Below, one piece after another: positions 49,970 through 58,096 of a DNA stretch of 58,096 bases. A model generated the notes under the pieces. The model did no database searches and had not been told where the DNA came from. It saw only the letters and a program-made list of their open reading frames with translations. Both the position numbers and the translations under genes were made by a program. Each line of letters starts with the position of its first letter. Within the stretch, counting starts at the first letter, position 1. This stretch comes from Actinomycetales bacterium (GTDB lineage: Bacteria; Actinomycetota; Actinomycetes; Actinomycetales; CAVURS01): contig JBJMHS010000077.1 of NCBI GenBank assembly GCA_045807245.1, positions 1 to 58,096 of the forward strand. The letters run 5' to 3'.

Positions 49970-52383
49970 AGCCGGATCCTCCCGCCTGCCGGGTCGTACA
50001 GCGGCCCTTCGTGCCGTGTCGCAGCGAACTTTTCCGTCGCCACGTCGACCACGAAATCCGTTGCCGTCTCGAGATCTGCGGGCAGGTACGCCGAGAAGAT
50101 GGTGCGTCCGACGGTGTGGCCGTACCCGGCGCTGCGCACCGTGGCGACGACCGGATACGACGCGTGGGTGAGCAGCTCGCCGCCGTACATCACCGCGTCG
50201 CCCGAGGTGGAGAACCAGCACAACCGCTGGGAAACGCCGTCGTCACGGGCCTTACGCAGCGCTGGACCGGCCAGGAGGTCGGGCTTGTCCGGTCGCACCG
50301 CGAACCCCAGCCCTGCTTCGTACGGGTTGTTGTCCGACCGGATGTCGACGGCCCAGGCGAGGTACTGCTTCTCCAGCCGGAGGCTCTCGACGGTCCGGTA
50401 CCCGACGTTGCGGATTCCGTGGTGCGCGCCGCTCTGCATCACCAAGCGGTACAGGTCGGCGGCGTACTCGACCGGGACGTGCAGCTCCCAGCCGAGCTCT
50501 CCGACGTACGTCGTGCGCAGAGCCAGCACCCCGGGTGCGTGCCCCAGAGCGATGGTCCGGGCGGTCATGTACCGGAAGGCCTCGTTGCCCAGGTCGGTCC
50601 AGGTGAGCGGCTGCAGCACGTCCCGTGAACGTGGGCCACAGACGTTGATGACGGCCCGGTTGTTGGTGACCTCGCGGAGCTCCACCGAGCCGTCCGTCGG
50701 CGCATGCTGCAGCAGGAAGGTCACGTCGTGCCGGCCGAAGCCGCTGCCCGTGACGAAGTAGAACCGGTCCTCGGCCAGCCGCGTGATCGTCACGTCCGCC
50801 TCGATGCCGGCGTTCACGTTCAGCAGCTGCGTGTAGACCACCTTGCCGTCCGGGACGTCGAGCTCAGCCCCGGCCACGCGTTGCAGCAGGCCCAGCGCCC
50901 CGCGGCCGGTGATCTCGAACTTGGCGAAGGAGCTCTGGTCGACGACGCCGACGGCCTCACGCACGGCCTGGTGCTCCTGGGCGATGTGCCGGAACGGGTC
51001 GCCGCGCGCGAACGCCGGTCGCTCGACCGCGGCGACTCCGGTTGGCGCGAACCAGTTCGCTCTCTCCCAGCCGAACTTGGTGCCGAGCACGGCGCCCGCC
51101 GTCACCAACGCGTCGTACAGCGGACTGCGTCGCTGGCCGCGCGGTGATGCGAGCTCACGGTTCGGGTAGGCGATGTCGTAGTAGTGCTCGTACGCGTCGA
51201 CCGACCGTGCCTGCAGGTACTGGGGAACGTTGTGCGATGCGCCGAACCGCCGTACGTCGAACGGCCACAGGTCCATCCCCGGGTCGCCGTCGACGATCCA
51301 GGCGGCCATCGCCCGTCCGGCCCCTCCTGCTGCTGCGATCCCCGCCGAAAAACCGCAGCAGTGAAAGAGGTTGTCCAGGTCCTCGGTGACCCCCATGAGT
51401 GGTTCGGCGTCGGGGGAGAACGGGATCGGGCCGTTGACCCAGGTCCGTATCCCGAGCTCGCCGAAGGCCGGGATGCGTGCCGCCGTCGCCTCCCCCAGCG
51501 GCTCGAACCGGTCATGGTCCGGCGCGAACAGCTCCGGTCCCAGGTCGCGAGGGATGACCCGCCACGGTGCCCGCGTGCCGTCCTCCCACCCGCCTACGAC
51601 GAGGGCGCCGCCCTCCGGCTTCAGATAGAAGCGCCCGTCCGGGTCGCGCAGGGTGGGCAGGTCGGCGGGGATGTCGTCGCGCTTCTCAGTCACGACGTAC
51701 TGGTGCTCCACGGCGCTCACTGCTACCTGGGCCCCAGCCAGGGCGGCCGTCTCGGCACCCCACATCCCGGTCGCGTTGACGAGCGTGTCGCACTCGACCC
51801 GCCCCTGCTCGGTGACCACGGCGGTCACCCGGCGCGCCGAGCGTTCGACCCCGACGACCCGGCAGCCCTGCTCGATTTGTACGCCGGCCGCTCGCGCGCC
51901 GGTGGCGAAGGAATGGGTCAGCTGGCTGGGGTCGACGTAGCCGTCGGTCGGGACCCAGGTCGCGCCGTACACACCATCGACGTCGAGCAGGGGGAACAGC
52001 TCGAGCGCCTGGGCGGGCGACACCAGCTCGACCTCGAACCCAAAGCTGCGTCCGGAGGTCGCGATGCGCTTGAGCTCCTCCCACCGGTCCGGGCTGGAAG
52101 CCAGGCGCAGGCTGCCCACGCCGTGCCAGCCGGTCGGGTAACCCGTTGCGCCCTCGAGGTTTTGGTACGTCTCGACACTTGCGCGCATCAGCTGGGTGAG
52201 GTTGCTGTTGCTCCGCAGTTGGCCCACGAGCCCGGCCGCGTGCCAGGTGCTGCCCTCGGTGAGCGCACGCCGTTCCAGGACGAGGACGTCACTCACCCCG
52301 CGCTGGGCGAGGTGGTAGGCGATGCTGCAGCCGACAACGCCACCCCCGATGATCACGACCTGACTGCGATCGGGCAGGGGCAT
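49966..52383 (-). CDS. GcvT-domain FAD-dependent N-demethylase (dimethylglycine/sarcosine dehydrogenase-like) I
   Basis: GGGVVG, STWHAAG, YVGELGWEL, SLRLEKQY. Confidence 0.9.
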   Translation of the reverse strand: MPLPDRSQVVIIGGGVVGCSIAYHLAQRGVSDVLVLERRALTEGSTWHAAGLVGQLRSNSNLTQLMRASVETYQNLEGATGYPTGWHGVGSLRLASSPDRWEELKRIATSGRSFGFEVELVSPAQALELFPLLDVDGVYGATWVPTDGYVDPSQLTHSFATGARAAGVQIEQGCRVVGVERSARRVTAVVTEQGRVECDTLVNATGMWGAETAALAGAQVAVSAVEHQYVVTEKRDDIPADLPTLRDPDGRFYLKPEGGALVVGGWEDGTRAPWRVIPRDLGPELFAPDHDRFEPLGEATAARIPAFGELGIRTWVNGPIPFSPDAEPLMGVTEDLDNLFHCCGFSAGIAAAGGAGRAMAAWIVDGDPGMDLWPFDVRRFGASHNVPQYLQARSVDAYEHYYDIAYPNRELASPRGQRRSPLYDALVTAGAVLGTKFGWERANWFAPTGVAAVERPAFARGDPFRHIAQEHQAVREAVGVVDQSSFAKFEITGRGALGLLQRVAGAELDVPDGKVVYTQLLNVNAGIEADVTITRLAEDRFYFVTGSGFGRHDVTFLLQHAPTDGSVELREVTNNRAVINVCGPRSRDVLQPLTWTDLGNEAFRYMTARTIALGHAPGVLALRTTYVGELGWELHVPVEYAADLYRLVMQSGAHHGIRNVGYRTVESLRLEKQYLAWAVDIRSDNNPYEAGLGFAVRPDKPDLLAGPALRKARDDGVSQRLCWFSTSGDAVMYGGELLTHASYPVVATVRSAGYGHTVGRTIFSAYLPADLETATDFVVDVATEKFAATRHEGPLYDPAGGRIRL

Positions 52384-52424
52384 TGACCGTCCTCGGGGTC
52401 AGCGGCAGGGCCGTCTGGCGGCGG

Positions 52425-52462
52425 ACGCTACCAGCGAACTGACTCGCGGAAAAGGTCTAGAC
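52425..52462 (-). promoter_or_regulatory. Putative operon promoter (-10 TAGCGT) with HutC-type operator GTCTAGAC
   Basis: TAGCGT at 52430-52425; palindrome GTCTAGAC at 52455-52462 fits the GT-N-TA-N-AC HutC-subfamily pattern. Confidence 0.5.
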
Positions 52463-53236
52463 GGAAATTCCGGTCCGCAGGGAGATGCGAACCCGGTCAG
52501 GCCGGAACAGGTCGCGTGCGTACTCGACCGCCAACCCCGCCGCGGTGTACGCCGTGCGCTCGATCTCCATCAGGGGCGCCTGCTCCGCGATGCCGAGGAG
52601 GCGGGCCTCCTCCGGGCTCGCCGTCACCGCCCGCAGCGACTCGGCGGCGGTGGCCGGTGTCTGGCGGTAGGCCTTGGTCAGCAGGGCGTAGAGCGAGCCG
52701 GTCAGCCGGCGGGAGAGCAGGTCCGGGAAGACCGAGGCGGGGAAGTACGCGCGCTCCAGTGCGAGCGGCTGGCGATGGGCCGTGCGGACGCGAACGATCT
52801 CGTGCACCGGGGCACCCCGTTCGAGGGACAGTCCGGCCGCGACGGCCGGGCTCGCCGGGCGCGTGGTCGCCGACACCATCCGCGCTCCAGCCCGGAGGTT
52901 CGCTCGGCGCATCTGCTCGGTGAAGCCGGCCAGACCGGTGAGGTCGCAGAGGATCTTCGGCTCGTCGACGAACGTGCCGCCACGACGGCCCGGCTTGCGC
53001 ACGACTGTGCCGACCGACTCCAGGCTGGCCAGGGCCTGCCGCAGCGTCATCCGGCTCACGCCGAGCAGGGCCGCGAGATCTCCCTCCGGTGGGAGCCGGT
53101 CGCCAGGGACCAGGTCACCTCGCCCGATCACGTCCGTCAGCCATCGCTCGATCCGGGCATGCGCCGGTGCAGGTGACGAGTCGCCGAGATCGGGCACGTC
53201 GATGGCCCACTCCGGGCGAGCGGGAGCCAGGGTCAC
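52457..53236 (-). CDS. GntR family (HutC/UTRA) transcriptional regulator
   Basis: GDRLPPEGDLA..GVSRMTLRQAL wHTH; C-terminal UTRA-like domain. Confidence 0.92.
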   Translation of the reverse strand: MTLAPARPEWAIDVPDLGDSSPAPAHARIERWLTDVIGRGDLVPGDRLPPEGDLAALLGVSRMTLRQALASLESVGTVVRKPGRRGGTFVDEPKILCDLTGLAGFTEQMRRANLRAGARMVSATTRPASPAVAAGLSLERGAPVHEIVRVRTAHRQPLALERAYFPASVFPDLLSRRLTGSLYALLTKAYRQTPATAAESLRAVTASPEEARLLGIAEQAPLMEIERTAYTAAGLAVEYARDLFRPDRVRISLRTGISV

Positions 53237-53272
53237 GGGCCGAGGGTAACCCGGCGCCGTACCGCGGTGGAC

Positions 53273-54772
53273 CTACTTCTTCTCGCGCCAGACCCGCTCG
53301 AACGGCAGACGCCAAGCGTGCGGGGCGATGAGCTGGTGGATGGCGTTCGGTCCCCAGGTGCCGGGCGCGTACGGCTTGACGGGAGGTGGGTTCTCCAGCA
53401 ACGGGATCGAGCGCTCCCACAGGCTCTCGATGCCCTCGGCGGTCGTGAACAGGGTGTGGTCGCCGCGCATCGCGTCGAGGATGAGCCGCTCGTACGCCTC
53501 GAGCACGTCACCCGCGCGTTCGGTCTCTTGCGTGGAGAACTGCATGCTCAGCTTGTCCAGCTTCATGCCCGGCCCAGGTCGCTTGCCGTAGAACGACAGC
53601 GACACCTTGGACGAGTCCGCCAAGTCGAACGTCAGGTGGTCCGGGCCGGACGCGCCGACGCCGGAGTTCGCGGGGAACATCGTTCGCGGCGCCTCCTTGA
53701 ACGCGATCGAGATGATCCGCTGGCCCTCGGCCATCCGCTTGCCTGTCCGCAGGTAGAACGGCACGCCGGCCCAGCGCCAGTTGTCGATGCCGCAGCGCAG
53801 CGCGATGAACGTCTCGGTATCCGAGTCGCGCGCCACGCCGTCCTCGGCGAGGTAGCCGCTGAACTGGCCCCGAACGACGTCGGCCGGATCGATCGGCAAC
53901 AGCGAGCGGAACACCTTGTTCTTCTCCTCGCTGATGGCGCGAGGTTCGAGAGCCGTGGGTGGCTCCATCGCGACGAAGGCCATCACCTGGAACAGGTGCG
54001 TGACCACCATGTCCTTGTAGGCGCCGGTCGCCTCGTAGAAGCTCGACCGCTGGTCCAGTCCGAGCGTCTCGGGGATGTCGATCTGGATGTGGTCGATGAA
54101 GTTGCGGTTCCAGATCGGCTCGAACAGACCGTTGGCGAACCGGAAGGCGAGGATGTTCTGCGCCGCCTCCTTGCCCAGGAAATGGTCGATCCGGAAGACC
54201 TGCCGTTCGTGGAACGTCGCATGCACCTGGTCGTTGAGGACGATCGCGCTGTCGAGGTCCGTGCCGAACGGCTTTTCCATGACGACGCGGGAGTTGTCGA
54301 CCAGGTTCGCGTCGCGCAGCATCGTGATGACGGCGAGGGCGGCCTTGGGCGGGACACTCAGGTAGTGCATCCGGCGCACGTCCGGGCCGAGCTCGTGCTC
54401 CGCCTGGCCGACCGCCTTGGCCAGGCCCTCGGGTCCGGCGCTCTGCGGTACGAAGACCAGATGCTTGGCGAACTCCTCCCACTGCTGGGCCGAGAGGGCG
54501 TGCTGGCCGAACTGGCCGATCGCCTCCTGGGCGATGGCGCGGAAGGCATCGTCGCTGATCTCCTCCAGCGACGTGCCGATGACCCGGATGTCGGGCGCCA
54601 GAGCCGACGCCGCAAGGTGGGCGAGGCCGGGCAGCAGCTTGCGCTTGGCCAGGTCGCCGGTGGCACCGAACAGCACGATCACATGCGGGGGCAGCACGTC
54701 GAGGTCACCTCGACGGCGCGGCCGCGTCCCCGGTCCCGGGTAGGCAATCGTCTGAACTGGGTCCTTTGTCAC
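53273..54772 (-). CDS. zwf: Glucose-6-phosphate 1-dehydrogenase
   Basis: [41 protein letters not shown]. Confidence 0.94.
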   Translation of the reverse strand: MTKDPVQTIAYPGPGTRPRRRGDLDVLPPHVIVLFGATGDLAKRKLLPGLAHLAASALAPDIRVIGTSLEEISDDAFRAIAQEAIGQFGQHALSAQQWEEFAKHLVFVPQSAGPEGLAKAVGQAEHELGPDVRRMHYLSVPPKAALAVITMLRDANLVDNSRVVMEKPFGTDLDSAIVLNDQVHATFHERQVFRIDHFLGKEAAQNILAFRFANGLFEPIWNRNFIDHIQIDIPETLGLDQRSSFYEATGAYKDMVVTHLFQVMAFVAMEPPTALEPRAISEEKNKVFRSLLPIDPADVVRGQFSGYLAEDGVARDSDTETFIALRCGIDNWRWAGVPFYLRTGKRMAEGQRIISIAFKEAPRTMFPANSGVGASGPDHLTFDLADSSKVSLSFYGKRPGPGMKLDKLSMQFSTQETERAGDVLEAYERLILDAMRGDHTLFTTAEGIESLWERSIPLLENPPPVKPYAPGTWGPNAIHQLIAPHAWRLPFERVWREKK

Positions 54773-54792
54773 TCGGGCATCCTTGCACCACG

Positions 54793-56151
54793 TCACACGC
54801 CTTGCGGGAACTGCGCCATCGCGTCGGCAAGCTGAGCCCGACGGCCCCGTTTGACGGCGTACATGGCGAAGTCCGCCTCGCGCACGGCGTCGGCGACACT
54901 GCCACCCGGCATGGTCGTGGCCATCCCGATGCTGGCCGCGGCCCGCTCGACCGACGAGGTGGCGCCGCCGAGCCGTTCGCGCAGCACAACGAGGATCCGT
55001 TCGGCCAGATCCTCCGGGTGGGGGACCAGGACGGCGAACTCGTCCCCGCCCAGCCGCGCGCACAGGTCGTCGCCCCGGACGTTCTCCCGGATCAGGGTCG
55101 CCACGTGCTGCAGCAGCGCATCGCCGGCCGCATGGCCCTCGCTGTCGTTGACGTGCTTCAGGCCGTCGATGTCGAGGGTGATGACCGTGACGCAGCCACC
55201 GTTGTCGACATGGGTCTGGAAGCGCACTAGCGCCTCGTCCCACGCCAGGCGGTTGCCCAAGCCGGTCAACGGGTCGAGCCGGGCCTGGCTCGCGTGCTGC
55301 TCGGCTGCGACGTGCAGCTCCTCCCGCAGCGCGGCGGTGTGGGCGACGACGGTGGCGGCCTCGGCGATGTGGCTCGCGAGCTCCACGCACAACGCGGTGA
55401 AGCCGCGGGGCGCGGCCAGCGTGTGAGCGACGAGGAGGACACCGCCCACCGGGTTGGGGATCGGGACGGCCAGCAGGGACCGGACGCCGTCGTGGTAGCC
55501 GAGGGGCGCCAGGTCGGTGTCGGCCAGCGAGGTGTCCTGGAAACAGACGGAGCCGGGCTGGCACTGCTCCTCCAGCCGGTCGACCACTTCCTTGAGCTGG
55601 AAGCTGCTGATGTCCGAGCCGGACAAGGAGTCGGAGCGGGCCCACCGGCCGCGGCCGTCGCGGATCACTCCGGCCTCGCAGGACAGGGCCTCCAACGCGA
55701 CGGTGAGGACGTGTTGCAGGGCATCGTCGGCCCGTTCGGCGGGCAGGCTGATGACGGTGCGTACGGCGTGCAGCAGCTCGAGCTCGTCGGCGAGCCGTTT
55801 GGCCGGACCGGCTTCCCCCACCGTGGCTTCCAGGCGTATGGCGAGCTCCGCCAGCTGGGCGTCGGTCGCGTCCGCGGCCAGCGGCTCCTGCTGGTTGCCG
55901 AGGACGACGAGGACGTCGTCGTTGACGCGCACCAGAGCCGCGCCCACGCAGTAGTAAGGGCCCAGCACGCGGGCGGCCGGGGAGTGCTCGACACGCGTGA
56001 GAGCGCCGGGCGACGTGGGCAGCAGCTCGACGAGCGGGTCGCACCGGGCGTCGACCTTGACGATGCCGGCCCAGCCTCGACCGCGGCCGAAGCCGCCGAG
56101 ATGCGCCCACTCGGTGCGGTTGAGCCGGCGGAAGACCAGGCCGTCGCGCAC
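54793..56151 (-). CDS. Diguanylate cyclase (GAF-like sensor + GGDEF)
   Basis: [28 protein letters not shown]-site, RLGGDEF; start uncertain. Confidence 0.85.
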   Translation of the reverse strand: MRDGLVFRRLNRTEWAHLGGFGRGRGWAGIVKVDARCDPLVELLPTSPGALTRVEHSPAARVLGPYYCVGAALVRVNDDVLVVLGNQQEPLAADATDAQLAELAIRLEATVGEAGPAKRLADELELLHAVRTVISLPAERADDALQHVLTVALEALSCEAGVIRDGRGRWARSDSLSGSDISSFQLKEVVDRLEEQCQPGSVCFQDTSLADTDLAPLGYHDGVRSLLAVPIPNPVGGVLLVAHTLAAPRGFTALCVELASHIAEAATVVAHTAALREELHVAAEQHASQARLDPLTGLGNRLAWDEALVRFQTHVDNGGCVTVITLDIDGLKHVNDSEGHAAGDALLQHVATLIRENVRGDDLCARLGGDEFAVLVPHPEDLAERILVVLRERLGGATSSVERAAASIGMATTMPGGSVADAVREADFAMYAVKRGRRAQLADAMAQFPQGV

Positions 56152-56353
56152 TGGGGGACGACCGATGGGCTCGTCCGAACGACCTATCGGCCTGGTGCGA
56201 CCTGCGCTACAGCCGTTGGAGTGGCTCCGCTGCACGGTGGGACGCCGTTTGGGTAGGTTTGGGGCAGTCTCTGGCCGGTCGGTCCTTTCCCCGGGCGCCG
56301 GGCTGTCCCCGGCGACGGGTAGACATGGGACGGACACGTGGAATGGGAGAGAC

Positions 56354-57970
56354 ATGAGCAAGCTGCGCGGCAACCCCTGGGCGATCCTGCTGACCCTGTC
56401 CCTTGGGTTCTTCATGACGTTGCTGGACCTGACCATCGTCAACATCGCGATCCCGGACATGATCTCGGCGCTGGACGCCTCGCTGGACGAGATCCTCTGG
56501 GTGGTCAATGCCTACGTTCTGGTCCTGGCGGTCCTGCTCATCACGGCCGGCCGGCTGGGTGACCTGAGAGGTCAGCGGACCTTGTTCGCGGTCGGCGTCG
56601 CGGCGTTCACCGTGGCCAGCCTGGCGTGCGGTCTGGCGCCGAACCCGACGTTGCTGATCGTGTTCCGGGCCATCCAGGGTGTCGGTGCGGCGCTGCTCAT
56701 GCCGCAGACCATGGCCATCATCATCGGCACGTTCCCGGCCGACAGACGGGGTACGGCGCTAGGCATCTGGGGTGCCGTCGCCGGCCTGGCCACCGTGGCC
56801 GGACCGACGCTGGGTGGCGTGCTGGTGACGTACGCCAGCTGGCGCTGGATCTTCATCGTCAACGTGCCGATCGGCATCCTGGTCCTCTTCCTGACGTACG
56901 CCGTCATCCCGGACACGCGAATGCAACGTCAGCACAAGCTCGACCTGGTGGGCGTGGGCCTGGCCACCGCAGGTCTGTTCTGCCTCACGTTCGCGCTGAT
57001 CGAGGGTCAGCGGTACTCGTGGAACGCGCCGATCCTCACCCTGTTCGCGGCCGCCGCCGTCCTGACGGTGTTGTTCGTGCTGCAGCAGCGCAGCCGGCAG
57101 GATGCCGAGCCGCTCGTACCGTTCTCGCTGTTCCGCAACCGCAACTTCGCCGTGATCAACGTCATCGCGGCCCTGGTGTCGGTGGGAATCCTCGGCTTCT
57201 TCCTGCCCATCACGATCTATCTGCAGTCAGTGCTGGGCTACTCGGCCATCAAGGCCGGCCTGGTGCTGGCCCCGATGTCGCTGATCGCCCTGCTCCTCGC
57301 ACCGGCAGCCGGGAAGATGTCCGACAAGATCGGCGGCAAGTACATCCTGATGAGCGGCCTGGGCTTGTTCGCGCTCGGGGCCGCAGTCCTCGTCCTGCAG
57401 TCGTCGGCGGACTCGAACTGGCCGTCGTTCGTGCCGGCCATCGCCATCATGGGGGTGGGGATGGGTGGCATCTGGGCGCCGATGGCGACGGAGGCCATGC
57501 GTGGAGTTCCGCCGATGCTGGCCGGGGCTGCGTCCGGGGTGAACAACACGATCCGCCAGGTCGGCTCGGTGGTCGGCAGCGCGGCCGTGGGCGCTCTGCT
57601 GCAGGCTCGCCTGTCGACGACCCTGCACGAGGAGGCGGTCAAGCGCTCGGCCGGGCTACCGACCAGCGTGCGGGACGGCTTCGTCGCGGGGTTCGCCAAG
57701 GCCGCTCAGGGTGGCGTCGACGTCGGAGCCCATCAGACCGCGGTCCCGACCGGTGTGCCGGCCGAGCTCGCGGCTCGCATCCAGCAGATCGCCACCCAGG
57801 TCTTCCAGCACGGCTACGTCCGCGCGATGCATCCGACCTTGGTCCTGCCGGTCGTCGCGATGGCCGTCGGCTCGCTGCTGTGCGTGCTCACCGACCGGCA
57901 CACGAAGCCGCGTGGCGCCAGACCGGCCGCTGCCACGGGCGAACCGGTGAGTGTCGGGACCGAGGGCTAA
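56354..57970 (+). CDS. DHA2 (EmrB/QacA) family MFS efflux pump
   Basis: LDLTIVNIAIP, GRLGDLRG, WRWIFIVNVPIG; GGAG RBS. Confidence 0.92.
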   Translation: MSKLRGNPWAILLTLSLGFFMTLLDLTIVNIAIPDMISALDASLDEILWVVNAYVLVLAVLLITAGRLGDLRGQRTLFAVGVAAFTVASLACGLAPNPTLLIVFRAIQGVGAALLMPQTMAIIIGTFPADRRGTALGIWGAVAGLATVAGPTLGGVLVTYASWRWIFIVNVPIGILVLFLTYAVIPDTRMQRQHKLDLVGVGLATAGLFCLTFALIEGQRYSWNAPILTLFAAAAVLTVLFVLQQRSRQDAEPLVPFSLFRNRNFAVINVIAALVSVGILGFFLPITIYLQSVLGYSAIKAGLVLAPMSLIALLLAPAAGKMSDKIGGKYILMSGLGLFALGAAVLVLQSSADSNWPSFVPAIAIMGVGMGGIWAPMATEAMRGVPPMLAGAASGVNNTIRQVGSVVGSAAVGALLQARLSTTLHEEAVKRSAGLPTSVRDGFVAGFAKAAQGGVDVGAHQTAVPTGVPAELAARIQQIATQVFQHGYVRAMHPTLVLPVVAMAVGSLLCVLTDRHTKPRGARPAAATGEPVSVGTEG

Positions 57971-58037
57971 CAGGTATCGCCACCCTCGTGTCACGCTCTT
58001 GTCCGACGGGGGGCTGAGCGCCGGCCAGGAGGCTGTG

Positions 58038-58096
58038 ATGGCGAGGACGACGAGCGAACCCGGGAGCGACGCGCGTCCGACGGTGACCCCCCAGGA
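58038..58096 (+). CDS. 5' end of an ORF cut by the window edge
   Basis: AGGAGG then ATG; MARTTSEPGSDARPTVTPQ. Confidence 0.5.
   Translation, partial: MARTTSEPGSDARPTVTPQ

Noticed and set aside
52384..52456. Glycine or other riboswitch before the GcvT-type gene
   Set aside because: Spacer is only 73 nt and no aptamer consensus is recognisable

Overview
High-GC actinobacterial chromosomal segment (taxon inferred from gene content; mostly housekeeping genes). In order: 3' part of a SUF Fe-S operon (sufB-sufD-Rieske ferredoxin-sufC-sufS-sufU-sufT); acVLRF1, GNAT and MFS genes; a bioY/acyl-CoA ligase/thiolase/ECF operon; ABC-F; moaA; tldD/tldE; fabG-fabI; serB; glgC/glgA; nfeD-SPFH; zwf, a diguanylate cyclase and a DHA2 efflux pump. 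Two regions stand out. (1) A lower-GC AbiEi-wHTH/DUF559 nuclease-like gene (26606-27502) is bracketed by ~46-bp, internally palindromic inverted repeats (35/46 identical). The unit sits between the stop codons of two convergent host genes and is a candidate transposase-free, REP-like selfish element. (2) A ~14 kb accessory catabolic locus encodes a GntR/HutC regulator, two GcvT-type flavoprotein demethylases, a choline-kinase-like enzyme, an APC permease and a copper amine oxidase, flanked by an esterase, a glycosyltransferase and an amino-sugar-kinase-like gene; its substrate is unknown. Many genes appear leaderless. No rRNA, tRNA or CRISPR array was seen. All calls come from motif recognition by eye, without database searches.
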